Positions 27,953 to 37,348 of a DNA stretch of 64,000 nt are shown piece by piece. Within the stretch, counting starts at the first letter, position 1. Every line of letters begins with the position of its first letter. Location of the stretch: contig NZ_JBPOFW010000001.1 of the NCBI RefSeq assembly GCF_051252435.1, forward strand, positions 888,826 to 952,825, written 5' to 3'. Under the pieces are notes generated by a model. That model ran no database searches. It was not told the origin of the DNA and saw nothing but the letters and a program-made list of their open reading frames with translations. The position numbers and the translations under genes are program-made. The stretch comes from Patiriisocius sp. (GTDB taxonomy: Bacteria > Bacteroidota > Bacteroidia > Flavobacteriales > Flavobacteriaceae).

Positions 27953-30900
27953 TTAGTTTGCTTCTCTATTTATATAAATCCAATGAGAATACGTTTGCTC
28001 AAATACTGGGTCTGGTTGGCTCATTTTAAGAACCATGAAGTAAGTTCCAGTTGGAAGTTCTTCACCATCTGTAGTTTGTCCCTCCCATTGGTTTGTGTAT
28101 CCTTGTCCAAACACATAAACTTCACGTCCAAGTCTGTTGAATATTTGAAGACTTTCAATTCCTGTTCTAGCATTTAAGAACGAAAGGTCAAGAGTATCAT
28201 TGATACCATCACCGTTTGCTGAAATACCTTGCGAAATAACACAATTGGCGTTGTCTGAATATAAGTTTACATCTACTGATGTCATTCCCATACATCCATT
28301 ATTGTCGACAACAACAGAATAGGTTTGTGTTCCCATAGTGTTTGCTGGCAAGCTTACTTCAATGGTGTTTGATGTTTCACCGTCAAGTAATACATCGTTT
28401 AAAAACCATTGGTATGTAACACCATCCACACTTGCAGTTGCTACTAATGTATTTACAAATTCTGGACAAGTTTCAAAATTATCTGTGTCTGAAACGAGCT
28501 CTCCATTAATTTCTATGAAAGCAGTAACTGGGTCTGAAATTACAACAACTACCTCATCTGTAACTGTACATCCATCATCAGTAGTTAGGGTTAAAGAATA
28601 AGTACCCGATGCATTAACGGTTAACATGTCTGATGTTTCACCAGGCAATATATTACCATTTAAAAACCATTGATAAGAAGCTCCTGCTGTATCTCCTATT
28701 ATGTCAGGTATTATAGTATAGTCTTCTCCATCGCATACTGTAGTGTCTGGGCCTAAATCAACGTCTGGGGTAGGATTTACGATTACATTTACAGCTAGCA
28801 TCAAAGTACTACAAGGAGGAACCGTAATTGTTACCGTATACGTTCCAGACATGGTTGGTGTAAATAATGCATCAGTCGAAACTATATTCCCAGCAGCGTC
28901 CATCCAAGAGTATGTTACTGTAGTAAGATCAATACCTGGATTAGTAGGTGTAGCATCAAGCGGTGTAAATGCATCCCCATCACAAAATTCTACTTGTGCT
29001 GGTAAACCAGTTGTGATTACAATGGCATCTGTTATATTCAACATAAAACTAACGGTACTGTAACAATTAGGTTGATTGATTTTCTCAACTCTAACAAAAA
29101 TTGTTTCAGGATTTGTTGTGTTTACATAAGCAGCTGGCGTTGCAATGTCATTGTCTCCACTATCAGCATCTACTTGATTGTTATGGAATGTAATAACATG
29201 TAAAGCTGGATCTAAACCATCTAGTAATTCAGTAATTGTAGATGTTAAATCAAATGTTGCTTCTTCATTTCCTGTTTCATCGCATGCTTCAAGATCTGTT
29301 GGAGCTATAATTGCTGGTGGAGTACCATCGGTAAAAACAACAATATCGTCAACTGCAAGGTCATTTCCGCAGCCACCTGTAATATCATTTGTTATTACAA
29401 TTTGTACTTGTGTATTTGTACCACTATCAAAAACTACCGAGAAATTTATCCATTCAGGGTCTGATTGATTAGGAACCTCTCCTGTATTTGCAGTAGCAAT
29501 TACATTTCCTGCGGAATCTTCAACTTGATAAACTAATCTAGTTGGATCCCCACCAGCTGGACAAATGTTTGTATCGATGTCATAAACTGTTGACATCCAA
29601 AAAGCAAAAGCGTATTGAGTATTTGCAGCTACGGTAACATCACGACGATAAAGTTCAAACTCGCTAGGATCCTGAGAGGGGTTAAAGAAAATCATTTGAC
29701 CATTTGTATCTCCAGGGGTGTGGTCTTCCATACCTACATGCCATCCAGTATTTAGGTTGTCAGAAATACTTGTTACGGTGTATTCATTTCCTTCAATTTG
29801 AACAGTACCATCATTAAAATCTAATTGGGTAAATGGATGCGTTTCAAATCCAGTTCCAGTACCAAAGTCTTCATACAATACATTTTCAGCACAATCAAAA
29901 ATGCCACATCCTGCTTCTTTAGTTATTGTAACATCATCAGTAATTTCGTCAAAACCTCCGCCTGGCAACTCGACAACTAAGGCTGCTGTGTATGTAGTTG
30001 TTTCAGTAGGGCATACTTCAAAAATAGGATCATTACTTAATACAGTACCAGCAGCGTCTCTCCACTCAAATGTACTTGCGTTTGTAGGAGCACCACTAGG
30101 TACAAATCTCCAACTTTCATTTTGTGCTGACCATGGACCAACATTTCTGTCTTCCGGTACAGCAAATTGAGTAACATTGTTACCTTGAAGTCCAACCACA
30201 GCAAGACCATCATTCCATGCAGTACAGGTAGGTTTGTCTATTAGGTTAACATCAATAACATTAAGAGATTCATACAACAATATTTGTTGTGATGTGAAGA
30301 AAGTATCTTGGCAAGCAGTCCCAAAATGAGGTACTTCGTTGAAATTCAAAACAAAGATTCGATATGGAGCTGTTCCTGTGACAAAATAATTTATTCTATC
30401 AGGATCTGGATTAACTCCTGGATTTAAATCGTGAAATGCTCCAAAAATTGTGTTTAAAGGAAATTCATTATCGTTCATTGGAATCATGTCTGTTGGATCC
30501 ATGTTCCATCCATTATTTTGACCTGCAAGAGCTGTGTTAAATGATATTTGTCCATTGGCTCCCACTACGATATCTGTATATGCATTTCCGTAGTAATTGA
30601 ATTCAAAATCAATAGCTATTACGTTAGACCATCTATCGTCAATTGTAATATTTGTAGGTGCTCCACCATCAATAGGCGGTAAATCACAAATAGGACCTTG
30701 AATAGCATAACTTGTAGTATCTAAGAAAGGAGTTGTTAAGAAAGTTCCGTTTAAATCTATACAGGTTGTATCACAATCAAGAAAGGCATCATCACCTGCG
30801 CTCAAAATATCACAACTTCCACTAGAAACGCAATTAATAATTCCACTATCAATAACACAGTCAGTTGCACCACCATCTATCGTAATAATTGGAGTTACTC

Positions 30901-32314
30901 CTGGAGCATAGGTTCCAAAAGTAAACATACCTGGTGCAGTTGCCGTTTGTGCTGGGCTTCCTTGGTCATCGGTAATTGTTAATGTTGACGCACCTCCTAA
31001 ATCTGTAATATCAACTAAGACTGAAAATTCTTCACCAACTTCACACATTCCATCTTGAGTAAAGGTTGCAGTTGGAGGAACACATTCGCAATCAATAGGT
31101 CCACTTGGAACAATACAGTCTGGTACACCACCATCAACAATAATATTTACAATAGTATTAGGGTCATAGGGGCCAAATGTAAAAGTTCCAGGTGCCGTTG
31201 CTGTTTGATTTGGACTTCCTGCGGTATCAAAAATAGTTAAACTAGCTGCTCCACCTAAATCTGTTATAACAACGTCAATATTCCATATTTGTCCTGGGAA
31301 ACACATATCGTTAGACACAAAATCTACGGTTGGGGGAACACAGTCACATGCAATAGGTCCACTTGGAACGATACAATCGGTCACTCCACCATCTACAATA
31401 ATATTTACAACAGTTCCTGGTGCATAAGGTCCAAAAGTGAATGTTCCAGGTGCCATCGCCGTTTGGTTAGGGCTTCCGTTTGTGTCAAAAATAGTTAAAC
31501 TCGACGCACCACCTAAGTCGGTAATTACTACATCAATATTCCACATTTGCCCTGGGAAACACATATCGTTAGACACAAAATCCACGGTTGGCGGTACACA
31601 TTCACATGCGATTGGGTCACTTATTATCAAACAATTTGCATCACCATTGTCAACTGTAAAGATTACATCCATATTAGGGTCGTAAGGGCCAAAAGTTGTC
31701 GTGCCTATAGCAGTAACGACAACAGGAGCAGAACCTTGGTTGTCTGTAATGGTCATCGTGCCTGTACTTCCTAGGTCAGTTACATTTACGTCAATTTCAA
31801 AATCTTGACCTGTAAAACACATGTTGTTACTTACAAAATCAATTGTAGGAGGATTACATGTTTGACAAAATACATCCCAATCCCATTCAGTCTGTGATCC
31901 ACTTTGACAGCTCACTGATACATCAGAATCAATCATTAAGGTAATTGTATCACCTGAAGATTGAAAGGTAAGTCCTGCAAGTTGTCCTCCAGCACCATAA
32001 GGTGCGCCTGCATTTAAATTTGTTACGCCATCGCTATCAAGAACAATGACTTCATCAAAACTGACCTCAGTTGTACCTGCATTAAAGGTTAAAACTAGAG
32101 GAAATCCAGTGTCACTAGAATATTCGAATGCTGTTGTGTCAAAATTGCCATAACAATACGTGTCATTTATAGGGCCATCTGCACAGACTACAGTCGTTTG
32201 TGCATAACTAAAACCAACAAAGAAAAAAGCTAAAACAAAAAGCAATTGAGAACGCTTTATTTTAGCAAGAGAATTTATATTGTTAGAATTTTCGGAAGGT
32301 AATTGTAGCTTCAT
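27953..32314 (-). CDS. Large T9SS type-B sorting-domain surface protein (adhesin-like) with four ~86-aa tandem repeats
   Basis: 1453 aa from the ATG at 32314 (the track start at 32317 is TTG). Signal peptide, then four Cys-bounded repeats (aa ~151-496) and a segment resembling a NIDO-like fold (FEFNYYGNAYTDIVVGANGQISFN). Next come a jelly-roll/CBM-like domain ending GGCGNDLAVDDIVVF, Ig-like repeats, and a C-terminal GISANGDGINDTLDLSFL...WIYINRE type-B CTD. Confidence 0.85.
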   Translation of the reverse strand: MKLQLPSENSNNINSLAKIKRSQLLFVLAFFFVGFSYAQTTVVCADGPINDTYCYGNFDTTAFEYSSDTGFPLVLTFNAGTTEVSFDEVIVLDSDGVTNLNAGAPYGAGGQLAGLTFQSSGDTITLMIDSDVSVSCQSGSQTEWDWDVFCQTCNPPTIDFVSNNMCFTGQDFEIDVNVTDLGSTGTMTITDNQGSAPVVVTAIGTTTFGPYDPNMDVIFTVDNGDANCLIISDPIACECVPPTVDFVSNDMCFPGQMWNIDVVITDLGGASSLTIFDTNGSPNQTAMAPGTFTFGPYAPGTVVNIIVDGGVTDCIVPSGPIACDCVPPTVDFVSNDMCFPGQIWNIDVVITDLGGAASLTIFDTAGSPNQTATAPGTFTFGPYDPNTIVNIIVDGGVPDCIVPSGPIDCECVPPTATFTQDGMCEVGEEFSVLVDITDLGGASTLTITDDQGSPAQTATAPGMFTFGTYAPGVTPIITIDGGATDCVIDSGIINCVSSGSCDILSAGDDAFLDCDTTCIDLNGTFLTTPFLDTTSYAIQGPICDLPPIDGGAPTNITIDDRWSNVIAIDFEFNYYGNAYTDIVVGANGQISFNTALAGQNNGWNMDPTDMIPMNDNEFPLNTIFGAFHDLNPGVNPDPDRINYFVTGTAPYRIFVLNFNEVPHFGTACQDTFFTSQQILLYESLNVIDVNLIDKPTCTAWNDGLAVVGLQGNNVTQFAVPEDRNVGPWSAQNESWRFVPSGAPTNASTFEWRDAAGTVLSNDPIFEVCPTETTTYTAALVVELPGGGFDEITDDVTITKEAGCGIFDCAENVLYEDFGTGTGFETHPFTQLDFNDGTVQIEGNEYTVTSISDNLNTGWHVGMEDHTPGDTNGQMIFFNPSQDPSEFELYRRDVTVAANTQYAFAFWMSTVYDIDTNICPAGGDPTRLVYQVEDSAGNVIATANTGEVPNQSDPEWINFSVVFDSGTNTQVQIVITNDITGGCGNDLAVDDIVVFTDGTPPAIIAPTDLEACDETGNEEATFDLTSTITELLDGLDPALHVITFHNNQVDADSGDNDIATPAAYVNTTNPETIFVRVEKINQPNCYSTVSFMLNITDAIVITTGLPAQVEFCDGDAFTPLDATPTNPGIDLTTVTYSWMDAAGNIVSTDALFTPTMSGTYTVTITVPPCSTLMLAVNVIVNPTPDVDLGPDTTVCDGEDYTIIPDIIGDTAGASYQWFLNGNILPGETSDMLTVNASGTYSLTLTTDDGCTVTDEVVVVISDPVTAFIEINGELVSDTDNFETCPEFVNTLVATASVDGVTYQWFLNDVLLDGETSNTIEVSLPANTMGTQTYSVVVDNNGCMGMTSVDVNLYSDNANCVISQGISANGDGINDTLDLSFLNARTGIESLQIFNRLGREVYVFGQGYTNQWEGQTTDGEELPTGTYFMVLKMSQPDPVFEQTYSHWIYINREAN
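30830..31867 (-). repeat. Four in-frame tandem repeats of ~258 bp inside the 1453-aa gene; the two central copies (31088..31603) are near-identical
   Basis: The protein repeat CxCVPPTVDFVSNDMCFPGQxWNIDVVITDLGGAxSLTIFDTxGSPNQTAxAPGTFTFGPYxPxTxVNIIVDGGVxDCIVPSGPIxC occurs twice almost verbatim, flanked by two diverged copies. By eye the central copies are about 90% identical at the DNA level. Confidence 0.9.
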
Positions 32315-32433
32315 CAAGAATCTTTTTGGAGTTATTTTTCGGCTAAATTTAGTTAAAATATGTTAATGAAAATTGGATCCTTTGACTTTTAGATGAAGTG
32401 CATAAATTTACGACGAAACGCATATCTACCATA

Positions 32434-33414
32434 CTAATCATGTATGGTAAAAACACCATAAATGGGGAAGTGATCGCTTGTTCCCCCTAAATACCTAGGC
32501 CCCACGTATGTACGAAAAGGATGACCCTTATATACCCCTTCTAATACCCTTACGTCATTAATATTGAATATTTTAGCGGACTCAAATCTAAAGTTATTTC
32601 CATAGCTTTGAAGGAAATTTTGACATAATTATTTGATCAAAAAGCTTCCATTTTCCTTGGAAAATAAGACTGCCATCTTCTTTTGTTAATAACAACTCCA
32701 TAGGGTTGTACACATTTAAACCACTTATGGTTTTGATACTCTCGCTTTTAGGGTCGTCTTTGAAATCCCCAAGAACAATAATTTTAGCGTTTGAATTTGT
32801 ATTTCTAATTGCAGTAATGATTTCAACGTTTTTTGATGCGGCAATCAATCTGCTATATTCAGTAAGTTTTTCACCTGCTCTTCTGGAAGGCCAGTGATTT
32901 ACCAGAATATCAACAATTTCTCCCTCAAGCCTTCCTTTAACGTGAAGCACATCACGGGTATAATCCTGCGTACCGTCCTCTTTTTTAAGATATACCTCGT
33001 GAGTTCTCGTTTCAAAAATCTCAAAACAATCTGCATTATATAAAAGTGCCGTATCTATGCCTCGCTCGTCACGTGAATCAACATGTGCAAACTTATAATT
33101 GGTGTTTTTTAAATATTCAGAATCTATGAGTTGTTGAAGCACGAAGGCGTTTTCAATTTCGGCAACTCCTAGGAGGGAAGGAGGTTTTTGTGTGTCTTCA
33201 AACCCTATTTGGTTTATAATATGCCCGAGGTTGCGCACCTTCTTCTCAAACCGCGCTTGGTTCCATCGACGGTGAGATTCTGAAATCGACGGTGAGATTC
33301 TGAAGTAAAATCGTCATCATACGTATAGGGGTCATCAACTGTGTCAAATAGATTTTAAGGTTGTAAAAACCAATGTTATGTTTGATGATGTTCGCTTCGG
33401 AAATTTTAGACATT
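32434..33414 (-). pseudogene. Decayed paralogue of the EEP nuclease gene at 16469..17527, with at least three frame-disrupting lesions
   Basis: The central ORF 32594..33238 carries VNHWPSRRAGE and GDFKDDP. The N-terminal part (MSKISEANIIKHNIGFYNL / NLFDTVDDPYTYDDDFTSESHRR / WNQARFEKKVRNLGHIINQIG) and the C-terminal part (FRFESAKIF...GHPFRTYVGPRYLGGTSDHFPIYGVF) lie in other frames. Confidence 0.8.
33265..33304. repeat. Perfect 20-bp tandem duplication (atcgacggtgagattctgaa x2) that frameshifts the EEP pseudogene
   Basis: Read directly. Removing one copy restores ...SESHRRWNQARFEKK... in frame. Confidence 0.9.
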
Positions 33415-33501
33415 TGAAAAATAATTTAGATAAAAAACCAAGATACTAAAATTGCATAAGTACTAAATTATGTAGGAAAAAACAGCTCAATTTTTAATGT
33501 A

Positions 33502-33515
33502 ACATATTTCCGAAG
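33502..33515 (+). repeat. Intergenic copy of the iterated word ACATATTTCCGAAG
   Basis: Read directly. Lies 6 nt from the terminator at 33522..33553. Confidence 0.9.
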
Positions 33516-33521
33516 AACCCA

Positions 33522-33553
33522 TAAAAAAGACCGCCTTGTAGAAAAGCGGTCTT
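33522..33553 (-). terminator. Rho-independent terminator of the small lipoprotein gene
   Basis: On the minus strand: aagaccgc-11nt-gcggtctt followed by tttttt. Confidence 0.8.
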
Positions 33554-33576
33554 TAGTATTTGTAAAAATCGTTTTT

Positions 33577-33831
33577 TTAATTACAATCTAAATCATCCAA
33601 TGCTGCTTGAAATTGAGTAGATTGAGCACCCGTACAACCATTGTTTAAGAATGACTGTAATGACGCTCTGTAAGCAAGGCAATTAGCATTTGAGTCGTCT
33701 TCAATAAAAGCAGTTAATTTTGTTGAAATATCTTGACTAGCTGCAACACAGTCAAAACCTGCGTCGTCGTCACCACCACATGATGTTAATACCACTCCAA
33801 ATACTGCTAAACTTAAAATAAATTTTTTCAT
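33577..33831 (-). CDS. Small Cys-rich lipoprotein, function unknown
   Basis: 84 aa. Lipobox LTSC, then five further Cys in a helical-looking mature part. Confidence 0.5.
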   Translation of the reverse strand: MKKFILSLAVFGVVLTSCGGDDDAGFDCVAASQDISTKLTAFIEDDSNANCLAYRASLQSFLNNGCTGAQSTQFQAALDDLDCN

Positions 33832-34061
33832 TGTTTTTGTTTTTATGAAATGCTAAAATATACTTATTTACTTATTGAACAAAATTTATAGTTTTTTTAA
33901 CATTTTAAATTTTCTGCAATTTAATTTACTGGTTTGGAGTCTGATTAGTGAATAGAAATTTATGAAAAACTTGAGATAGTCATTTGTAGCTCTTTACTAC
34001 CTTTACAAGATGTACTTTATTACTATATGTTAATAAGAAACCAGCCAACAAGGCTATATAT

Positions 34062-35270
34062 ATGATTGAAGAAAAAAATATAGATTACGAGAGGACAATT
34101 TTAATAGGGTTGATTACCCAACAACAAGATGAGGAAAAGTCCAAAGAATATTTGGACGAGCTGGAGTTTTTGGCATATACCGCCGGTGGTGAAGTGTACA
34201 AACGCTTTATCCAAAAAATGGAAAAACCAAATCCCAAAACATTTATAGGTACAGGTAAATTAGAAGAAGTCTTGACCTATGTACAACAACACGATATTGG
34301 TACAGCCATCTTTGATGACGAATTATCCCCTGCGCAACAAAAGAACATAGAAAAAATTCTTGATATCAAAATTATTGACCGTACTCACCTCATCCTCGAT
34401 ATTTTTGCCCAACGCGCCCAGACAAGTTACGCCCGCACACAAGTTGAGCTAGCGCAATATCAATACTTACTCCCAAGATTAACTGGAATGTGGACTCACT
34501 TAGAGCGTCAACGAGGGGGCATTGGAATGCGCGGACCGGGTGAAACCGAAATTGAAACCGATAGGCGTATTGTAAGAGATCGTATTTCTTTGCTTAAAAA
34601 GAAAATTGAAAAAATTGATAAGCAAATGGAAGTACAACGTGGCAATCGGGGTGCCTTGGTAAGAGTTGCGCTCGTGGGATATACCAACGTAGGGAAGTCA
34701 ACCCTGATGAACGCCATTAGTAAAAGTGAGGTGTTTGCCGAAAACAAACTTTTCGCAACACTTGACACAACAGTGCGTAAAGTAGTGATTGGCAATATGC
34801 CGTTTTTGCTCAGTGATACGGTGGGATTTATACGAAAACTCCCCACACAATTAGTGGAATCATTTAAAAGTACGCTTGATGAGGTTCGGGAAGCAGATTT
34901 GCTGTTGCACGTTGTGGATATTTCGCATGAAACATTTGAAGATCACATCGCTTCGGTGAATAAAATTCTTGACGAAATTGACAGCGCTGACAAACCCACG
35001 ATTATGGTGTTCAATAAAATTGATGCTTATGAAAATGAAACGATTGACGATGACGATTTGGTCACAGAGAAAACAAAGGTACACTACACTATTGAAGAAT
35101 GGGAAAATACTTGGATGAATAAAATGGATGGTGATGTTATATTCATTTCAGCATTAGAAAAAGAAAATTTTGAGGCTTTTAGAAAACTGGTATATGATAA
35201 GGTTAGAGATATTCATGTCACTAGATTTCCGTATAACAACTTTTTATATCCAGAAGAGTTTGTAGAATAG
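34062..35270 (+). CDS. hflX: GTPase HflX
   Basis: 402 aa. HflX N-terminal domain (LILDIFAQRAQTSYARTQVELAQYQYLLPRL) and G-domain motifs GYTNVGKST, DTVGFI and NKID. Confidence 0.95.
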   Translation: MIEEKNIDYERTILIGLITQQQDEEKSKEYLDELEFLAYTAGGEVYKRFIQKMEKPNPKTFIGTGKLEEVLTYVQQHDIGTAIFDDELSPAQQKNIEKILDIKIIDRTHLILDIFAQRAQTSYARTQVELAQYQYLLPRLTGMWTHLERQRGGIGMRGPGETEIETDRRIVRDRISLLKKKIEKIDKQMEVQRGNRGALVRVALVGYTNVGKSTLMNAISKSEVFAENKLFATLDTTVRKVVIGNMPFLLSDTVGFIRKLPTQLVESFKSTLDEVREADLLLHVVDISHETFEDHIASVNKILDEIDSADKPTIMVFNKIDAYENETIDDDDLVTEKTKVHYTIEEWENTWMNKMDGDVIFISALEKENFEAFRKLVYDKVRDIHVTRFPYNNFLYPEEFVE

Positions 35271-35291
35271 TAAATGTATTTTAATGTATAG

Positions 35292-35331
35292 AAAAAGCCT
35301 CGATAGTATATACTATCGAGGCTTTTTTTTT
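35292..35331. terminator. Bidirectional terminator between hflX and the DUF3078-like gene
   Basis: aaaaagcctcgatagtata|tactatcgaggcttttttttt is a perfect palindromic stem. Confidence 0.9.
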
Positions 35332-35386
35332 AGGTTTATTTAAACTTTCTCTTCAGAAATTTTAGACAACCAATTATTTAGTGCTA

Positions 35387-36298
35387 CTAAAATCCGTAAG
35401 TCAAACCAATAGCAAGCGCTTCTCTAATTTGAAATCCCTGTACAGCGTTGTCATCGTAGATAGCTTGAAACGTAGTGTTTGCAGTAATCCATTTGTTTAC
35501 CGTCATTACTAGATTCATTGTATAATCGATGTCCACATTTTGTGGGTCTTCAAGGTAATTGCTATAAAGGTTCAATACGTTTTCCATTGAAACATTTTCA
35601 AGAAGGGTAAATTTGCCATAAGCGCCTATAGAAGCACCAAATTCAAAACGAGTTGACTCATTTGCATCTACACCAAAGTAAGGCTCATATGCTGCAAGTG
35701 CAACGGCATCATTAGCATCAACTTCTGTAAATTGACTATCCACAACGATTAAACGAGCAGTAGCAGGTGCAATATTTACTTTTAGGTTATCGCTATCTTT
35801 CCACAACATGCCAGGACCTGCTTGAAAGTATCCAGGAGATAAAAATTTAGTTGTTTCTGTTCTTGTTTCATTTCCATCGGCATCTTCGCCAAAAACATAT
35901 CCGCTTGCAATCTGTGATCTAAAGTTAAAGAAAAATGAATAGTACCATTTACTTGTGTCGCTTAATTGCTTCCCAACAATAGAGTTGAATTCTAAACGGT
36001 CATTTGTTTTCTTTGAAAACTCTTGATTTCTTTGATTTGTAATTCCATAATCAACCATTAAACGGTTATCCCAAGCCACACGTCCCTTTTTATAGTTTGC
36101 GTCGTACGAACCGGTAAGGTTTACTGAGTAATTTGTTGTTCCACCACCTTGCCACTCAGCGTTGAATGCTGACTGACTAAAAAGAAGGGACACATTTCCA
36201 GCTTTTGACCATCCTTCTTTAGGAGCCTCTTCTTCATCTTGTGCAAAACCAAAGTACGGTACTGCTGCGATTGCAAGGCTAAGTAAAATTTTTTTCAT
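35387..36298 (-). CDS. Outer-membrane beta-barrel protein, DUF3078-like
   Basis: 303 aa with a signal peptide. WSKAGNVSLLFSQSAFNAEWQGGG resembles the DUF3078 signature as I recall it. Ends in ...LTYGF. Confidence 0.55.
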   Translation of the reverse strand: MKKILLSLAIAAVPYFGFAQDEEEAPKEGWSKAGNVSLLFSQSAFNAEWQGGGTTNYSVNLTGSYDANYKKGRVAWDNRLMVDYGITNQRNQEFSKKTNDRLEFNSIVGKQLSDTSKWYYSFFFNFRSQIASGYVFGEDADGNETRTETTKFLSPGYFQAGPGMLWKDSDNLKVNIAPATARLIVVDSQFTEVDANDAVALAAYEPYFGVDANESTRFEFGASIGAYGKFTLLENVSMENVLNLYSNYLEDPQNVDIDYTMNLVMTVNKWITANTTFQAIYDDNAVQGFQIREALAIGLTYGF

Positions 36299-36406
36299 TT
36301 TTATTTTTTAAAAGTTTTTGCAAATGTAAAAGAACTTTAGCAATTAAATAAAAAAGGATTATTTGAAACGGGTGCTTTCGTTGAAAGTGAAGAAAATTTA
36401 GGCTAA

Positions 36407-36913
36407 TTACTTGCGTTTAAAAAGAGGCACCGAAGAACAAGCTTCCCCAAACATAATACTCTTTGCAACAGGTTGCAGTTTTTGAATCAACATAGTATAG
36501 GCAGAGGGTGGAATAGGTTTGTTTGAACACCCTTTTATGATAACAGGAATATCTTTAAAAGGATATATATCTAATTCTGAAATTACTCTTGTAAATAAAA
36601 CAGTTTCTAAAGTTTGTAAATCACCAGTAATAATTTCATTCGCAAAAGGAGCTAAATGCGAAGCAATTAACATAAATGCCCAAGACGGAATGATGGCATC
36701 TGTACTACAATGCAAAGCTACGTAAGAGTTGTCATATTGCGACCAATCGTGATTGGACGCTGAAGCTCTAAAATCATGTTCTTTTAATATAATACCTTCT
36801 AATAGCCATTCTGAAATATCAAAATACACACGCTTACCTTTAGGATAATAATCTTCCAAGTCTAAGGTGACAAGTTTGCTTTGTGCAACTCTATTTATAA
36901 TTTCGTTTTCCAA
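36407..36913 (-). CDS. DUF2480 family protein (commonly suf-linked in Flavobacteriia)
   Basis: 168 aa. IINRVAQSKLVTLDLEDYYPKGKRVYFDISEWL...CSTDAIIPSWAFMLI matches my memory of DUF2480. TTG start. Confidence 0.55.
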   Translation of the reverse strand: MENEIINRVAQSKLVTLDLEDYYPKGKRVYFDISEWLLEGIILKEHDFRASASNHDWSQYDNSYVALHCSTDAIIPSWAFMLIASHLAPFANEIITGDLQTLETVLFTRVISELDIYPFKDIPVIIKGCSNKPIPPSAYTMLIQKLQPVAKSIMFGEACSSVPLFKRK

Positions 36914-36936
36914 ATTTTACTTTTTATATCTTTCTT

Positions 36937-37263
36937 TTATAGCATCCCTAACTCCAACTTAGCTTCGTCGCTCATTAAATCTTGTGTCCAAGGTGGATCG
37001 AATGTGATTTCAACTTCGGCATCATTGACCATTTTTAATGATTTAACTTTTTCCTCTACTTCCAACGGAAGTGTTTCTGCAACTGGGCAATTGGGTGTGG
37101 TTAATGTCATTAATATTTTTACGTCGTTATCTTCATTGACAAAAACATCATAGATAAGCCCCAATTCATATATATCTACTGGAATTTCTGGGTCAAAAAT
37201 AGTCTTTAAAACTTTCACTACTTTTTCTCCCAATTCAGCTGTATCTCTTTCTTTTGTTTCCAT
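36937..37263 (-). CDS. SUF-system Fe-S assembly protein, DUF59/MIP18 family
   Basis: From the ATG at 37263 (METKERD...). IFDPEIPVDIYELGLIY...LTTPNCPVAETL is the DUF59 motif. The track start at 37278 is an upstream TTG. Confidence 0.8.
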   Translation of the reverse strand: METKERDTAELGEKVVKVLKTIFDPEIPVDIYELGLIYDVFVNEDNDVKILMTLTTPNCPVAETLPLEVEEKVKSLKMVNDAEVEITFDPPWTQDLMSDEAKLELGML

Positions 37264-37312
37264 ATTCGTTACCCTCAAAAGGGTGTGTTTTATTATAAAG
37301 TAATTTTGTAGT

Positions 37313-37325
37313 CACATTTCCGAAG
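37313..37325 (+). repeat. Intergenic copy of the iterated word CACATTTCCGAAG
   Basis: Read directly. Lies between sufE and the DUF59 gene, both of which are on the minus strand. Confidence 0.9.
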
Positions 37326-37348
37326 AAATTATTTTAGATCACAAACAA

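Noticed and set aside
31055-31774. Three similar + strand ORFs (61, 69 and 75 aa; 31055-31240, 31289-31498, 31547-31774) that look like a small paralogous gene family
   Set aside because: They are antisense images of the 258-bp tandem repeats inside the 1453-aa T9SS gene. Their similarity is inherited from the repeat. They have Cys/Arg/Asn-rich low-complexity composition and no start context.
30830-31867. A regularly spaced repeat array that might be taken for a CRISPR
   Set aside because: The period is about 258 bp with no short repeat/spacer alternation. The array is in frame within a long ORF and encodes a protein module.
32425-32447. The palindrome ACCATAC-7nt-GTATGGT upstream of the T9SS operon as a regulatory site
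   Set aside because: It sits at the very end of the decayed EEP pseudogene. It is more simply the remnant of that gene's terminator stem, and there is no second copy in the window.
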